A DNA stretch of 45,819 nucleotides, taken from positions 1 through 45,819 of the forward strand of contig JBDLKA010000020.1 of NCBI GenBank assembly GCA_039714075.1, read 5' to 3'. Made by a program: the position numbers and the translations under genes. The stretch is from Candidatus Krumholzibacteriota bacterium (GTDB lineage: Bacteria > Krumholzibacteriota > Krumholzibacteriia > LZORAL124-64-63). Positions 44,998 through 45,819 of this stretch are shown piece by piece. Within the stretch, counting starts at the first letter, position 1; each line of letters starts with the position of its first letter. Under the pieces are notes generated by a model. It did no database searches. It was not told the origin of the DNA and saw only the letters and a list, made by a program, of their open reading frames with translations.

Positions 44998-45089
44998 CCG
45001 TTTCCCTACGCCGGCATGATCCGGTTCAGGTTCCAAGGGTTTTTCTCAGGCTGGATCCCATTTTTCGGCGGGTCAGCCACCCCCAACGG
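44998..45089 (-). ncRNA. TPP riboswitch (THI element)
   Basis: Minus strand CCGTT-GGGGGTG...CTGAGA-AAAACCCTTGGAACCTGAACCGGATCATGCCGGCGTAGGGA-AACGG has the conserved THI-box and a P1 stem, upstream of thiamine-related genes. Confidence 0.96.
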
Positions 45090-45159
45090 TCACTGGCAGA
45101 ATAGTCGTCGAACGTTGCGGTGTCAAATGGCTGCACGTGACATGGAGCGGAATCGAGCC

Positions 45160-45819
45160 TTATCGCCTGAGGTTGTATCGGGGAGAAATCTCCCGCACTG
45201 CCTTGCCTTGGAATCCCCGTTCATGCCACAGCCGATGGCAGGACGCACAGAGTGTCATCAGGTTTTCGGGTTTGTTGTTTCCTCCTTGCCGGCGCGGTTT
45301 GAGGTGGTGTACCTCCAGGAACCTTGTTCGTCCGCAACCAGGCGCCCGGCAGCGGTGATTGTCCCTGGCAAGAACCTCCCGGCGCACTCTTGGGGGAATT
45401 GTCGTCGTGTTGCGGCCTTTGTGTTTGCACACCGCTGCGTCGCAGCGGATTCGTTCGGCCTCGGCCCGGCTCAACTCGCGCTCGCCCGCGTCGGTTTGAA
45501 CCGTCATCCGACCGGTTTCTTCATTATCGTGAACGTGGATCTGCACCGGCGGACGACCGGAGAAGTGTCCCCGGGGACACTTTTGGCCTTGTAACTCCTT
45601 TGTTTCCAATAGCGCGGCCAATGCTTCTAAAACCAGCTCAGCCCGGTCGTTCGGCACGCCGCCCAGCTTGTGGAGCCTTTCAACCAAGGCGGCCCGACGA
45701 GCTTCCTGCTCCGGTGTAAGATCCATCTGGAAGCGAACCGGCAGTTCTCGCGGCGCCACCACCGGCGGCGAGGCTGGCAGCAACGAACCCTGACCCGGAT
45801 CAACCTTGGCTGCCCGTTT
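45160..45819 (-). CDS. HNH endonuclease-domain protein, 5'-partial
   Basis: VRREVLARDNHRCRAPGC...LEVHHL...GGNN..ENL.TLCASCH...H. The frame is open to the window edge. Confidence 0.85.
   Translation of the reverse strand, partial: KRAAKVDPGQGSLLPASPPVVAPRELPVRFQMDLTPEQEARRAALVERLHKLGGVPNDRAELVLEALAALLETKELQGQKCPRGHFSGRPPVQIHVHDNEETGRMTVQTDAGERELSRAEAERIRCDAAVCKHKGRNTTTIPPRVRREVLARDNHRCRAPGCGRTRFLEVHHLKPRRQGGNNKPENLMTLCASCHRLWHERGFQGKAVREISPRYNLRR

Noticed and set aside
1..45819. Genome-wide TGA reassignment (genetic code 4 or 25)
   Set aside because: Many clear genes (hemC, hemL, hemN, hemA, the amidohydrolase) end at TGA at their expected C-termini, often in ATGA overlaps.
1..45819. tRNA (including tRNA-Sec), rRNA, IS elements or prophage
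   Set aside because: I recognised no cloverleaf, rRNA, transposase, integrase or phage structural signatures. A manual read could miss a divergent tRNA.

Overview
GC-rich bacterial chromosomal window. A FlgD-Ig/T9SS-like C-terminal domain and a TonB receptor suggest a diderm FCB-superphylum-like host, which is an inference. In order it holds: a GAF-SpoIIE phosphatase (5'-partial), a YbaK deacylase, a SMUG1-type glycosylase and an amidohydrolase; an exported thioredoxin-TPR protein whose first active-site Cys codon is an in-frame TGA followed by a SECIS-like hairpin (probable UxxC selenoprotein, split into two ORFs by the ORF track); and a tight six-gene minus-strand operon. That operon encodes three alkaline-phosphatase-superfamily enzymes, a 66-aa ribbon-helix-helix-like protein with an 'EEIRKRxxxLGYI' tail, a 3-TM protein that looks like the EMC3/TMCO1/DUF106 (ER/archaeal Oxa1) insertase family, and a PNGase F-like lipoprotein. 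Further on are an astacin protease, an octaheme HAO-family cytochrome, a GT-C glycosyltransferase, hemerythrin, a PDZ protein, addB-addA-dgkA, a ten-gene heme operon (hemC D B L E N H Y X A), a TPP-riboswitch-controlled thiamine uptake operon and a partial HNH gene. The best candidates for undescribed biology are the six-gene operon and the selenoprotein. All family calls come from motif recognition by eye; no searches were run.
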